From Camelus dromedarius (lineage: Eukaryota), in NCBI RefSeq assembly GCF_036321535.1, contig NC_087436.1, forward strand, positions 39,744,001 to 39,808,000: a stretch of DNA of 64,000 bases, read 5' to 3'. This document shows, in pieces, positions 1-12,402 of this stretch. How positions within the stretch are numbered: the first letter of the stretch is position 1; each line of letters opens with the position of its first letter. The notes below the pieces were generated by a model. It did not search any database, was not told the origin of the DNA, and saw only the letters and a program-made list of their open reading frames with translations. The position numbers and the translations under genes were made by a program.

Positions 1-633
1 TCCAGTCTTCTGTGTAGCTTCACTTCTCCCAGTAGGGGTGAACATTAGGCTGTACTGTCGTTATTTTCATTTTATATATTATTTTAATAAATATTTAGTG
101 AACAATTATAATGAGAACAGAGAGTTCACAGTGTAAGATTGGATGATGTGTGAATTTACTCTGGATCCTGGAATGGAAGGAGTTAATCTGTTTAGGGTCT
201 CTAGATACATTACCTTATTTGCTCCTTTACTGAGCCATAAGGTACCCGTTGTCACACCACTTTCCACACAGATTCACTTATTCAAGGTCACATAAGTGTA
301 TGAGCGATTTGACTGCCTTAAGGGACATCCCTACAAGTGGAACTATTACTATAATACATAGAATATATAAATAAGCTCATTATCCCACCCCTCTTTCCAA
401 CTCAGAAAATTTAATTATGTGCCCCTGAAACAATAGCTTTTGAAGCACTGATTCAAATGGATCTCTGCTTTGCTCAGCAGTAGGATTCCTCCCAGTAGCT
501 TAAATAAGCTTCCAAGAAGCTCTTCCTCTCCCGTTTCATCGGTCTAATAACAATCTTTTCTCCCTCACTGTCCGTTTCTAGTGATACACAGGCTGGGTAT
601 TTTTTTTATAGATAACACAGCACAAGATCAAAA

Positions 634-770
634 CGCGCGCAAAGGAAATAAACGGCTCGGGGGGCGCATCCGTCGTCCGCGGGCGGCGGCGCGGCGGCCC
701 CGGTGCCGTGGGCTTGACTGCGGGCCTGACGGGCGTCCTGCTTCCCGACGGCGGCCGCGGAGCGGCTTCG
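634..770. promoter_or_regulatory. Mini CpG island / GC-rich patch
   Basis: 27 CpGs counted by eye in 137 bp, NotI site GCGGCCGC at 751-758, in an otherwise CpG-depleted AT-rich window; CRE-like TGACGTC at 809-815. Confidence 0.65.
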
Positions 771-1613
771 GGTGGTTAAATCTCAGTCTTTCTGTCAGGA
801 AACTGCCATGACGTCTTTTCTCACAACTCCTCATGTCTCATTACAAGCCTCCTTTCTTCTCTGCAGAGTCCGCTCTGGCATTGCAAAGGAAAGTGCCCAC
901 GCGGCACATCTTGCTCTCAGACCCCTTACCTTTATATTTTAGATGACAGGATGCTTCATTTGCTCATTAACAAAGAAGCTGAAATAGTTCTGAAAATATT
1001 GAAGCTTGCACAGGCATTGCTACTACAAATATAAAGGCTTGAGGTTTTTGTCTCCCCAATAGATTATAAATACATGTCCTTGCTCTGTTTTCACTGATTT
1101 AATATTTTCTAAGCAAATATTAGAGTATTTCAGTAAGTAGCTTAGTGCTTGTTATGTAGTGGATTTGTACCGTCCATATAAATATACAAAAAAAGCACAG
1201 GAATTTTATCAACAAATTTATGTGTGATCCAGCAAAAGCATAGATTTATATTCACAGATAAATATTGTAAAATATATATATATACGTTCAGTTTGAGAAT
1301 AAGAACAGGCTTTTGGATGGAGGTGATTTGTGAAAAAAACAAAAAACCAAAAACACCATGAAGGTTATGAATAACTTTGAGCTGGGAGTTGGCCTGAAGC
1401 ACCGCATCTATGACTGGATTTATTTAAAGGAAAAAAAAAACCTCAAAACAGTCACAGAAATTGAAAAATGCATTTTCCGTCCTTTCTTCTATTTCACCTT
1501 CATTGCTTTCCTATTTTCATTGACAAATGGATGTGATGTTTTTATTAGATGAGTCAGTGCAGGAGTCAATGGAGCTGAATGTCAAGTTATCCTAGAAAAG
1601 AACAAGTATATAC

Positions 1614-2058
1614 CACTTCAGGTTTTATTTCCTAGAAGCAGAGCCTGAGGCAGAAATTCGGCTACATGTATTTTGCTGAGGGAGTGGAGGTGTTCAGGAA
1701 AACCCTCTAAGGAAGTGGGAGGAGCAGGATAGAGGGGAGAGGACTGGGATATGGTCTCAGGTAAAGCCCAGTGTCGGCCCTGCCTGCAGCTGGCGAGCTC
1801 AGGAGTGGACCTCATCCCGCAGCCCTTCCCTTGAGGCAGTGGGGCTGGTGTATTATTATTCATTGCTGTCAGTTTGTGTGCGAGGCTGGAGGTTGAGCTG
1901 GGAGTATAATTTTCCTTATCTCCCATCATCTAAGTCCAATTCACTGCAGGAAGGGGCAGCTGTGAGCGGATAGGAGCCAACACTTACTCTTGGTAGCTAG
2001 AGATGAGTAGGCAGGCCCAGAAAATGGGGTTTGGACTGGCATGCTACTGTCACCTACA
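1614..2058 (-). mobile_element. LTR16A-like solo LTR (ERVL)
   Basis: Reverse complement starts TGTAGGTG, contains GTGTTGGCTCCTATCCGCTCACAGCTGCCCCTTC and ends CTCAGGCTCTGCTTCTAGGAA, matching the recalled LTR16A consensus. Confidence 0.8.
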
Positions 2059-2899
2059 TATAACTAACTAGGGTCTATCATTTTATAATAATGTGTGTGT
2101 ATAGTAATTTGGCTGGAAAGGACCCCATACCTTCATATATAGGCTAAAACTTTGCCTTTTTGAATTCGTTCTATGAGCCAATGAACTCACTGTTGTTTAA
2201 AGTGCTGACATCTGGGGGTAGGTAATACTGCACACTCTTCATCTCACTTTTGTATTTATGAATAGATGATTGTTCTTTTAAGAGCTTGATACATTTAGTT
2301 GGAGGAAATGGATTTGAATAACACATAAGAAATAACTTCAATTCAAACTGAAGATACGGGCATGAAAGATAATACCGTGGCAGTTTAGGCAGTCAAAGGG
2401 ATGGAACTGGCGAGGTACTGGCAGCAGCCTCCTTGCTTTGGGTCAGGCGGTGCTTTGTCTGGCTAAGTGAAAAGACCTGCACGTCATCATGAAGTTGTAG
2501 GTCAGTTTGTAGCTTATTATTAGTTACATTATTTTTTTTCAATTCCACATGTAATTAATTCAGACTGGATTATTGTACGTTTAATTGGTGTTAGATTTCT
2601 CAAAGACATTTAGCAAGTGTAGGTTGGAGGAAGCAGGTTTTCCCTCAACCCTTTCAGTATATCGCTAATATTTCAGTCTAATTTAGGTCGACATTTACAT
2701 TAGTTGAACTACACATAGTCAGTGTCAGCTGTAAAGAGAGTATCTACAACTATGTATACATGGATTTTGGGGAGTGTTTCCCTTTCTTTCATAAACTTCC
2801 CAAAATTAAAATCTTTTAAGTTGATCAAAGAAAATATGTGAAACATTCCATAATAAAAACTTAAAAAAATGAAGATGGGGTAATGTATTTAGGTTGGCT

Positions 2900-4250
2900 C
2901 CAATTTTTATTATTATTGTTAATAATAATGCAATAGATGTGCTTATACACCAGCCTTTCCCCATTGTTTCTGATAATTGTATCCTTTTTGCCAAAGAGTA
3001 CATCAGTTATTTTTATTTACTGTCTCTTGTTTCAGAGCTTCTAGGAATAAACTGCAATGAAAAGAGCACACTTAAATATTAACCATTTATTTACAGTGAA
3101 ATTCATCTATTGTTGCTATGTGTGATTATGTATGTGGTATTAAGTTCAGGAATAAAATGAATGGAACAGTTTTACACAATTTTCTAGGCTCTAGAAGTGA
3201 TTACATTTTTAAAGAGTTTTCTGCTACTCAAAAATTTAAAAGAATTTGTTTAAATTACTATCTATGTTCACAGCTGTGTTTAGAAGTAAACTTTTAAGGT
3301 ACATTATTATATTTCAGTTTATTCCATAATTTATTTTTCATCTGTTTAGATTCCTGATTAAATCAGTTTTAGAACTTTTCTTTTTTCCTATCAAAATGTC
3401 TATTATATTAGAATTTTCAAGTTTATCATACAACTGTGCATTATGTTCTTGTGAAAAATAAGCAACAAATCTTTAATCAATCTCAAACTCTCATTTGATA
3501 TCATCCATCCTCTTTCTCATTCTCAGCTTTGTTAATTCTTTCTTTCTCTTTCTCTCATAATTTTTTATTCAATTCCTTCTGCCTCAATGATTTCAGGATT
3601 AAAAGAAAATTAATGTTTAAACAAAAACTTACCAGGTTAGGTCCAAGCTTTTTGTATCATTGAAATTTTCTGGAATCCAGCAAGCCTTTTTGGTTTGAAG
3701 AATCTGACTTTTCTTTAGATGAGAAAATTTTCATTTTATTATATTTTTGAGTATTATTCTTCTATTAACACATTATTTCTAGCTTAAAATCATTTCTTGC
3801 TTATGTTTGTTTTTGTTTTTTCTCTTTGTATTCTGAGCAACTTTTGTGTTTCTGTCTTTCTCCGTAGCAATTCAATTTTAGGCTGTGTTTTTTGTTTTTT
3901 TCAGCCTTCAATGATCATTTAAATTGTTACTGAATTTTAAATTCCCTTTTTTTATTCTTCATGCAATTCTACTTTTATCCATGATTTTTTTTCTTGTATT
4001 ATCCTTAAGGCTAAGCTTCTTGAATTTTATTAAAACTGTTTCTTGCTTTAAAAAATGTCAAGGATGCCAGGCAAATCTTTCCTAAAAAAACTTTTTTTCA
4101 TACACTTCTTGAGGGAAGTCATTTTCACAGACGTGATTTTCTTTTTCACCTGTGTCTTTAGGACAATGTTCCTTGCTGTTATGCTTAGCAGTTTTTACAT
4201 TCCTTCTTTTTCTCCCTTATTACTCATCCTGAAAGTGAGCGCTACCCAAA
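2900..4250 (-). mobile_element. Highly decayed ancient L1M fragments
   Basis: T-rich plus strand with antisense-L1 character; no diagnostic long match. Confidence 0.4.
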
Positions 4251-4630
4251 CTTAGCATTGACGGGCAAGGTAGATGATGTGTTCTTAGCCTTCCAGGTAA
4301 TCACTTGGTTAACAGCAGCCCCACCTTCCTGACCTCATTCTGAAAATCAGGTTAATGGCCCTTTTTCTGTTTAATATGCAACACTTAGTAGGCATTTCTC
4401 TACTTAGTGTATTGAAAGTGGGTTGTCCCCTCCCAGCAATGTTGGGGTTCTCCGACTTGCTCAGAGAGTTAGGGAGCTCACGTGTCTGCGTTCTCCAGCC
4501 TGCTCTGCTCTAGGCGCTTGTTTGTTCTGTGCCCCTGTTTATACCTTCCCTTGGGATCTCCAGGTCTCAGAATTTGATAAAATTTTGTCCTTCTCCTTTT
4601 CCCTTTTGCTGGACAACTGGAAGTAGTATA

Positions 4631-5550
4631 TGTGGTGACAAGGTCGAAGTTACCTAACTCCTAGGAACTCCTAGAATTCCGTGTACTCCCAGAAAACAGT
4701 AACAACAAGAGATATTCCCCCACCCTTTTGTGATCTGGGAAATGGCTCACTGTGAAGAACCACTCTTCCCCATGTGGACTTAGGTAAGTCTCATAGATGC
4801 CCTCTTAATTACCTATGACAAAGCCAGATACAGACCCCCCAAATTTGCATTCTTTGCTTTGTTGGCCTTAAAGAAATGGACTGCCAGATATTTCTCCAGC
4901 AAAGACAGGTTTATTTGGGATCAGCAGGTAATTGCAATTCGGGGTCTACAACCGTGGCACACCCCCTATAAGTCTTGCAAGGCAAAGGAAGAAAAGTGCT
5001 ACTTTTGAAGGGAGGAAGAGGAAGTTGGGTGGGCTAGAGTAAACAAAGGGTCCTTGGCTTTTCATTGGCTGAGTACCTGCCAGGAAAGAGGAGGAGGATT
5101 TCTTCTTCCAGTTGGACTTGGGTATCTTTGCAGGGTGTGAGAGCTCCCCCTTCTGGTCTCCCAACTCTAATTGTGGTTTCTGTTTTTAAATTTTTAACAC
5201 CTTCATAAATGATTGGCCGAATTATTTTGTCCCTATTGATTAATCCTAACAAGGTTTATTAACCAAATTTGGGGAAGTTTCCCTTCTTCCCCCAGACCTC
5301 TGAACTTTGACCCACACACAACCTGAGGCAATTCTCCTTAAGGATCTCTCCTAAGAATAATCTGACCTCAAGATAAAACATTCTCTGATACACACAGTCT
5401 GATCCCACCACCTGTGGTCATCCCACTTCCCCACTAATACATTCTAACCTTGTTTATTCCTCTATAAAAGTCCCTTTCTTCCTAACCTTGAGATGCTTGC
5501 AAATCTCATTGTTGGAGTATTCTCCCTAATACAATATTTTACTCCATCGA
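4631..5550 (+). mobile_element. Older ERV1-class LTR (MER34/MER39-like) interrupted by a younger LTR at 4860-5199
   Basis: TG start, TTACCTATGAC segment, TATAAAA box at about 5464; sequence resumes after the insert. Confidence 0.5.
4860..5199 (-). mobile_element. Solo ERV1-type LTR, about 340 bp
   Basis: TGTTGG...TTAACA termini, TTTATT (antisense polyA signal) at about 4910, near-TSD GCTT/CCTT; same family as 42826-43171. Confidence 0.8.
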
Positions 5551-5559
5551 ATTATCCTG

Positions 5560-6090
5560 GTGCCCCTGTCAACAATCAATGGACCATAAAGATAAGAGTT
5601 TATTTCTGGGTTCAGTTTTATTCCATTGATTTATCCTTATGCCAGTACCACACCGTCTTGGCTTCTGTAACTTTGTAGTCCGTTTTGCAATCAGGAAGTA
5701 TAAATGCTCTAATTTTGTTCTTTGTCAAGATTGCTTTATTCTTCTGTGTCCCTTGCATTTCCAAATGAATTTTAGAATAAGTTTTTCAATTTATGCAAAA
5801 AAATCAGCCTGGGGTTTGAAAGGGATTGCATTGAATGTTTAGTAATTTGTAGACGTGTATAAATGTGCAGAAAATCTGGGGAATTGTCTAATCTGAACAA
5901 TGTAAGTCTTCCAATTACCAAATGTAAGGTTTCTTTCCATTTATTTAGATCTTCTTTAAATTCTTTCAATGATGTTTTGTCATTTTCAGTGGACAAGCCT
6001 TGGAGCTCTTTTGGGAAATTATTTCTGAATATTTTTTAATGCTGTTATATATGAAATTTCCTTAATTTTATTTTCAAATTATTCCCATTG
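5560..6090 (-). mobile_element. L1M ORF2 fragment
   Basis: Minus ORF 5772-5996 gives ENDKTSLKEFKEDLNKWK, matching L1 ORF2p ENYKTLLKEIKEDxNKWK. Confidence 0.85.
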
Positions 6091-6157
6091 TCCTTTTAAC
6101 ATTTATTTGTTGAGGGGAGTTTTTCTCTTACTAAGGTTTGAAAGTTATGGCAGGCCC

Positions 6158-6618
6158 TGTACTGGGGTCCTACAGCTTCCATAACAAAGTACCATGAACT
6201 AGGTGGCTTAGAACAATGGAAATGTATTGTCCCACAGCTCCGGAGATTAGAAGTCCAAAATCAAGGTGTTGGCAGGACCATGCTCCCTCTGGAACCAGTA
6301 GGGAAATCCTTCCTTAACTCTCCCTAGCTTCTGGTGGTGTGCTGGCAATTCTTGGCATTTGCTGGTTTGTAGATGCATCACTTTAATCTCTGCTTCTGTC
6401 GCCACATGGTCATTGATCCTGTGTCTCTGTCTTTACATGGCAGTTTCCTCTTCTTATAAGGAAAGGACACTAGTCTTATTGGATTAGTACCATCCTAATG
6501 ACCTCTTTATAATTTAATTACATCTGCAAAGATCCTGTTTCCAAATAAGGTCACATTCACAGGTACCATGGGTTGGGGCTTCAACATATTTTTGGGGGAC
6601 ACAGTTCAACCCATAACA
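6158..6618 (-). mobile_element. MLT1C-like MaLR solo LTR
   Basis: TGTACT...CATAACAAAGTACCA...AGAAGTCCAAAATCAAGGTGTTGGCAGG...TTTCCAAATAAGGTCACATTCACAGGTAC...TTCAACCCATAACA; about 460 bp. Confidence 0.9.
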
Positions 6619-7372
6619 TGTTCCATGAGGTTTCTAGGTTCTCTTAAGCACTGGAAAGTCCAATGATTTCTTTAAATTACAAAACCTAATTTTGGTTTGG
6701 AAATAGAACATCCAGCCCATGTCAAAGGTAAGGTGTGTACAAGTTGAGCATCTGGGGGGGTTTCTGCCCCTGGAGACAAATATAAGGCAGGTGTCTTTTC
6801 TCTTTCTTGCTGGGCTCCATTCCCACTTGCAAGCTGCTGTTTCTGACCTTCTGGGTTTGGAATGGAGGGAGAAAAGGAAAAAGGGGGCAGGAAGATTCTA
6901 TTTTGCTGGGATGGGTTGTAAGCTGCCATCATTCTCCCTGGGCCTAGATAATACTTAAAACTGACCTTTCATGGATTCTTTGGAGACTCCTTTGTGAGCC
7001 TTTTGACTATAAATCCTGTGGCGTCTCTCCTATGCATACACTCATCTGGCTTTTTCCTCAGCTCCCGGTTTTCCAGTAGTGACTCCAAGCAGGTGTCACT
7101 GCTGGAGACCCCTTGTTTGTCCATGCTGGCAACTTTACTGCGAAGAAGCTTCCCTCATGTCACCTTTCTGAACGGGGTGCTGCACATCTGGTTCTTGGGA
7201 AATACTAAAGGATTTTTGTTCTGAAAAGCTCAGCTACCTCTCTTCAAAGGAAGGAACTAGCTATCTCTTTTTCTTTCGGATTTTTCACATAGTCCGGTGC
7301 TTCTAAACTACAGGAAATTCATACCGACCTCCCCTCATTGTAGCCCCTCTTAATATACTTTAGGTGAAGAGA

Positions 7373-7918
7373 TGACAAAGGTTCTTTCCTTGACTGAACT
7401 CTGGCCAGGCTCTTCTGAGTCATTTTCTTGGGCAGGCTTCACATCTTGGCCATAAAAACTTGAACAAACATTAATATAGTTTTTGGCAGCTCAATGCTGC
7501 ATGGCTACGATGATCCTAGTCCTTCTTAAAGTGCCTGCCTGAGGAAAGTCAGAGATTCCAAAAGAATTTACTGTTGTTCCAGCCCACACCTGAAGATAGG
7601 GCCCCGATTCCCAGTCTTTGTGGGAGGGAAGGGGCCTAACTTCCGCAAGCATCAGTTAGCAAATCCAGATGGCTTTCACGTGTACTGACTCCCTCTTCCC
7701 GTCCTGCTTTTTGTAATTTTTCGCTTTCCTGACTGTGCTGAGCCCCTGCTCAATCCCTCCCCACTCCTTCATTCATCCCTTAAAACACCCAGTCACTTCT
7801 GTAGAAACCAAAGGTGGGTTCAGTTCACACTGGACTCTTTCCTGTTTGCAGTGGTGATTACTGATTAAAATCAGTCCTTGCCACTTTACATAGTGTCCAG
7901 CTTTGTTCATCTTTGCTA
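7373..7918 (+). mobile_element. MER67/MER31-group ERV1 solo LTR
   Basis: Starts TGACAAAGGTTCTTTCCTTGACTGAACTCTGGCCAGGCTC; internal AAAGTGCCTGCCTGAG and CCTGAAGATAGGGCCCC; ATTAAA near the 3' end. Confidence 0.75.
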
Positions 7919-8087
7919 GAGGGAAGCAACCTTTTCCTCTCCCTCTTTTCAGGAGGTAAGACGCCCAGCAGTTGAATGTCTTTCTTCAAAGATTCTGCCC
8001 CCCATTGTTCTCTTGGGCCTCCATGCTTTCATTGACCTGAACTCAGTCAGAGACATCTGCCTAAAGGGCCCAATTGCCATATAACTG

Positions 8088-8584
8088 GTTATTATAGTTT
8101 GAGTTCCCCCAGAAGCAGCCCCTGGACAGGGATTTGAATGCAAGTAGTTTATTGAGAAAGGGCAGAAAACATTAGCCAGGGAGTTGGGAATGTGGAAAGG
8201 GAGAAAAGCTTCTCTTCTAGAAAGAAGATGTATATTGAAACAGCTACCATGATGGAGGACTGAAGTTTAATCTCACAGGAAAACTCTGGGAAATTGTGTA
8301 AAATGCTGGCTTCAGAATGATCTCAAGCAGTGGTGTGAGAGAGAGTGATATTTATGCATCAGAGCTGGTCAAATGATGTTTCTTTCTAGCAAGAAAGTGA
8401 AAGAAAAAAGGTGCTACTTCCCTGGCACTTCCAGCTTGCTGTGCCTGTGAGCAGAACTACTCTGCAGAGATTGGGAATAATCCTTCACACTCAGATGGAC
8501 ATCCTGGCAGCTGGAAATCTCCCTGATAACAATGAGATAGAAGACTCCAGGGGTACAGGTGGGACCCTGGCACTGTCTGCTATA
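8088..8584 (-). mobile_element. LTR33/LTR16-group ERVL LTR (3' LTR of the adjacent internal remnant)
   Basis: GTTCCCCCAGAAGCAGCCCCTGG...GATTTGAATGCAAGTAGTTTATT at the left end; CTGTCTGCTATA at the right end. Confidence 0.7.
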
Positions 8585-10330
8585 GTCTGTGCCTTGCATC
8601 CTCAAATGCCATTTGTGTCAAGGTAATGCAGGTCACTATTTCTTAAAAAAAAAAAAAAAGGAAAATATTTACAATACAAAGATTGAGAGGCTAAACTACA
8701 AGCTTGATCTCTGCTAGTACCATTGGTCCCATGTCCATTTATCATTTCCCCCTTTTTCCTCTTATTTATCACTTTGTTTTCTACCACCCATTCTAGATCG
8801 TCCCGCACTCGCACCTAGCACTTCTGCTCATCTCTGCTGCTTGCCCAGTGGGGTAACCCAGACAGACTATAGCAGACGCCTTGTTCACATCCCCTTGGAT
8901 TCTTTCACCATTGTGTTTGTGTGTGTGTGTTGTGTGTGTGTATACACTGAGTTTCAGTGTTCTTTCCTGCCCAGCAGTCAGTACCTGAGCCCCTTTGGCA
9001 CTGGGCTGTCATCAGGCTGCTGGAGCCCACTTTGTCTACAGATAAGGAGACTTGGAAATACATGGAAATTGACATCCACGTGGGGTCAACTCTTAACCAA
9101 TGACTGATGGGTTCAAGAATGTAAATACTCCAAGTCTCTTACCCTGTTCAGTACCACTGCGAGATGTCACATCCACTGTCTCCAGAGCCCTCCTTTGGGA
9201 CAGAAACACTGTTTCTCTGTATCAGTCTCTGTTTGACGTCATACTGTTGCTTGGCCTCCTTCCTTCCTATCTCAATGACTCTCCTCTTAGTGTTTCCTGG
9301 GAACATCTCCCTAATAAATAATTTTTCAGAAGAATCCTTGTCTCAGGCTCGGCTTCTGGAGAAGCCCAGCCTTAGACCTTGATGTGAAAGGTTGGAACCC
9401 CTGGTGGCCATGCCTTGGTTAGCTGTGTGTCAGGCAATTGCACATTTGGGTTTTAGAAGCACCAAGAAAACTAATCAAACTCCTGGGTCCCAGAAATACT
9501 CACCCTTGTCTGCTGTGCAACAGTAGCACTATCTCCTCATGGTACTCAGGGTCAATTTCCCCTGCCATTATAGTAAATCTGTTTTTTCCTTTGTTTGTTT
9601 GTTTTTACCTGCTGATCACTGACATACAGAGCACCAAATGACCAGAGAGTAGCCTAGCTGGAAGTTCGGTTTTAGTGGATGCTTCAGCATGGCCTCTGCT
9701 AGTGCTGCTTGTCACGTGGGTGACTGTAATGATGAAGGGATCACTTCTAATTCTGTGACTTAGGATACTCTATTTTTCAGCATCATGTAATGGCTATTGG
9801 ATTAAAGAACATACAGCATATTGAATGACAATGTCCCAACATTGCATAATATCATCTCCAAGCTAATGCCTCAGCTGAGCCTTTCAGAGGCCCTTCTAAA
9901 GTTCTGGGAGGCAGCTATTTCTGGGTAATGTGATAAATTATAGGACCAGTGAATCTGTGACCATGGATTCACAGTGGCCCCTCTTTAGCTGAAAAAAATG
10001 GACCTCTTGGTCAGGGATGGTAGGTGGGAATCCCATGATGACAAATCAGACACTAGGCGAGCCCTTAACATTCTTGAGCTAAGTCAAGTTACTGCAGGCA
10101 GGAAGGCTAAACCCAAATCTGAGATAATGTTATTCTTGTTAAAATGAATTGCTGTTCTCTGTTACCAAGTGGTTGGTTGGTGTTCTTGAGGGGAAGTTTC
10201 CTAGAGGTGGCCCATCTTGATCTCTGTTTTTGATCGTTAAGCAGCTGTAGTAGCTAGATCAGCCTCAGTGAGGTAGACCCCTTACTGTTGAGCCCATCAT
10301 TAGCCTCTGTATCTACTTCTGCCTTCTGTT
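8585..10330 (-). mobile_element. ERV-L internal remnant (3' pol: integrase and dUTPase-like region), interrupted by an LTR16
   Basis: Minus translation near 9503-9580 gives RFTIMAGEIDPEYHEEIVLLLHS, resembling ERV-L GVTVLAGVIDPDYQxEIGLLLHN. Confidence 0.75.
8868..9378 (+). mobile_element. LTR16-family solo LTR nested in the ERV-L internal sequence
   Basis: AACCAATGACTGATGGG core; 3' end CTCCCTAATAAAT...GAATCCTTGTCTCAGGCTCGGCTTCTGGAGAAGCCCAGCCTTAGAC. Confidence 0.8.
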
Positions 10331-11099
10331 AACCCACTCTTCTTCTATTTTGGTTGTATAGTATGAGCAATACCCTTGCTGCCTGTGCATCCAGTTTGCC
10401 TGAAGGCACTCTCTGCACTATAACTGATCTTTAGATCCCTGAGGGTCAGGTCTCACTGTTGCCACTCTGTCTTTGATGTTTGTTATGGTAATTACGTCTA
10501 CCTTGCCTCCGGTTAGTTACATTTTGCCAAATGGCTCCTGCTGTTTTGCAAAAAACTGCTACCTCCATTGACCCTTGGAATCCCTGTTCCATTGAATTTA
10601 GTGTCTTGATACATATAATCCTCTTTGATTCAGACATTCTTTTATTAGCCTCATCTTTGTCTTCAATGTTTTAAATGGAGCATTTTGCTTCCTAAAAGGA
10701 AGCTCTTGGTATTTTTTCCAGATTGGATAAGCTGTAAACAACTGGGCTAATCAAGTTCTTAGATTTATTGCTTTCCCTTCTTAATTTATTTGAGAATATC
10801 TAGTATCTGTGCAGCTACTCATTTATGAGAAGAAAACCCAATCAAACTTGGTAGGCTGACAGAAAATTGAAAGATAAATGAAATCTTCAACCTGCCTATT
10901 CCTTTCTGAGAACTCACTAAACTGTCACTTTAGTGTTTCAATCGTCTATTTAAGATGCTCTTTTTATTGGTTTATTTCGTGTAAATTCCGATCCCTGATA
11001 AGCTCCTTTATAAGACAGTCATTGAGACCTCATCTTCTCTCTCCTATACCATTTTGCTTGTAGGTATATCTCATTGCATGCCTGTCTCTGTCATGAAAT

Positions 11100-11205
11100 T
11101 GCCAACACTCTGTGTAAAGCAAGCTTATGTCATTTTAATTTCTGTATTTCCTCTGCCAAATATAGTAGGCATTCAATAAATGTCTATTGAGTGAAATGAT
11201 TACAT
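11100..11205 (+). mobile_element. L2 3' tail
   Basis: ATAGTAGGCATTCAATAAATGTCTATTGAGTGAAATGA. Confidence 0.7.
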
Positions 11206-12311
11206 GAATAAATAAGATGACTGTTGCCACAATTTCTCTTACACCTTGTTTCTGGTCCTCTAAACATCTTATATTCCTTTCATCTGGTTTTCTAGTCTTG
11301 AGTAGAAGTCTAGAGAATAGACTGGAAGCAGCTCTGCCAAGCACCTTCAACTTACTCACTTTCTCATTTGCATTAAAAGTCTCATTTTTGCAACAAGTCT
11401 TCCATCACCCACCCCACTGAGCTATATTACTTGTTCACTCTCACTCTATAGTGTTAAAACAGGACTCTTTTCCCCCTCAGTTTCAGCTGAGATATCAAAG
11501 CCCAAGAAACGTATAGCAGATATAGCATTCTCATACAAGGACTCACATAACCTAAAGGGAACCAGCTAGGATGAGTTAAAATTCTATAAATTAGATTCTG
11601 CCAATATTAGAAGTCCTCTGCCTTGGTCCTATAAAAGAGCAGGCACTCGGGAGTATCAGGAGATTCCACTGGGAAGAATTTTTGGCCTGTATGACATATC
11701 CCACACCTACCTCTCACTCCTAACTGTAGGAGAGGAGTGTGTTGGCAGGGTTCTTTAACTACACCTGCAGGGAAGGAAGGCTTCAAGAAAACTACTCAGA
11801 AAGATGAACAGGTGTCCCCAGAATTTAAGATTATTTAAGGGTTAATGTGAAATGCTATGTCTAGGTTGGCCTGAGACAGCAAAGCAGAAAGACAGGGCTA
11901 AGTTGGAAGTCAACAGCATTTCCAGCATCGGGTGGGGCAAAAGTCTTTCTTGGCCATGGATCTGATATGGGCAACTTGAGCAGGATCTTTTCTGAGACTT
12001 TCTCCCAAAGGGCTCTTTAGATGGGTAAAGTGAAAGAGATTTCTCCAAAAGAGCTATCTAGATGGGTGAAGTGACCCAGTTAAATGAGGACAGACCTTCT
12101 GAATGAAGGTCCAGATGATGTGGAGAAGTCAAAAGCAGCTAGCTTGGGGAATGTCGCTCTGGTGAAGATACTTGCAGATGGAAGTTCCCGATGGAGGACA
12201 GTCATATGGACCTATCTGTGGGGTCTGTGGGAGTGAAAGTGAGCTGTGAATACCCACCAAACTTGGAGGACACCAAGGCTAGATCACAGCTTGACCAGAC
12301 ACTTAATTGTA

Positions 12312-12402
12312 TGAAAAAAAAGTTAATAGAGGTACTGAGGATTGAACCCAGGACCTTGTTCATGCTCAGTGTGTGCTCTACCACTTGAGCTATACCCTCC
12401 CC
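12312..12402 (-). mobile_element. tRNA-Ala-derived SINE (camelid Vic-1-like)
   Basis: Reverse complement GGGGAGGGTATAGCTCAAGTGGTAGAGC...GGTCCTGGGTTCAATCCTCAGTACCTC with A and B boxes. Confidence 0.85.

Noticed and set aside
581..834. Arg/Gly/Pro-rich ORFs on both strands (76 and 68 aa)
   Set aside because: By-product of the GC-rich patch; no recognisable domain or exon structure
12329..12402. tRNA-Ala(AGC)-like sequences here and at about 15.6, 31.2 and 39.1 kb as tRNA genes
   Set aside because: Mutated stems, A-rich tails and TSDs identify them as SINE copies
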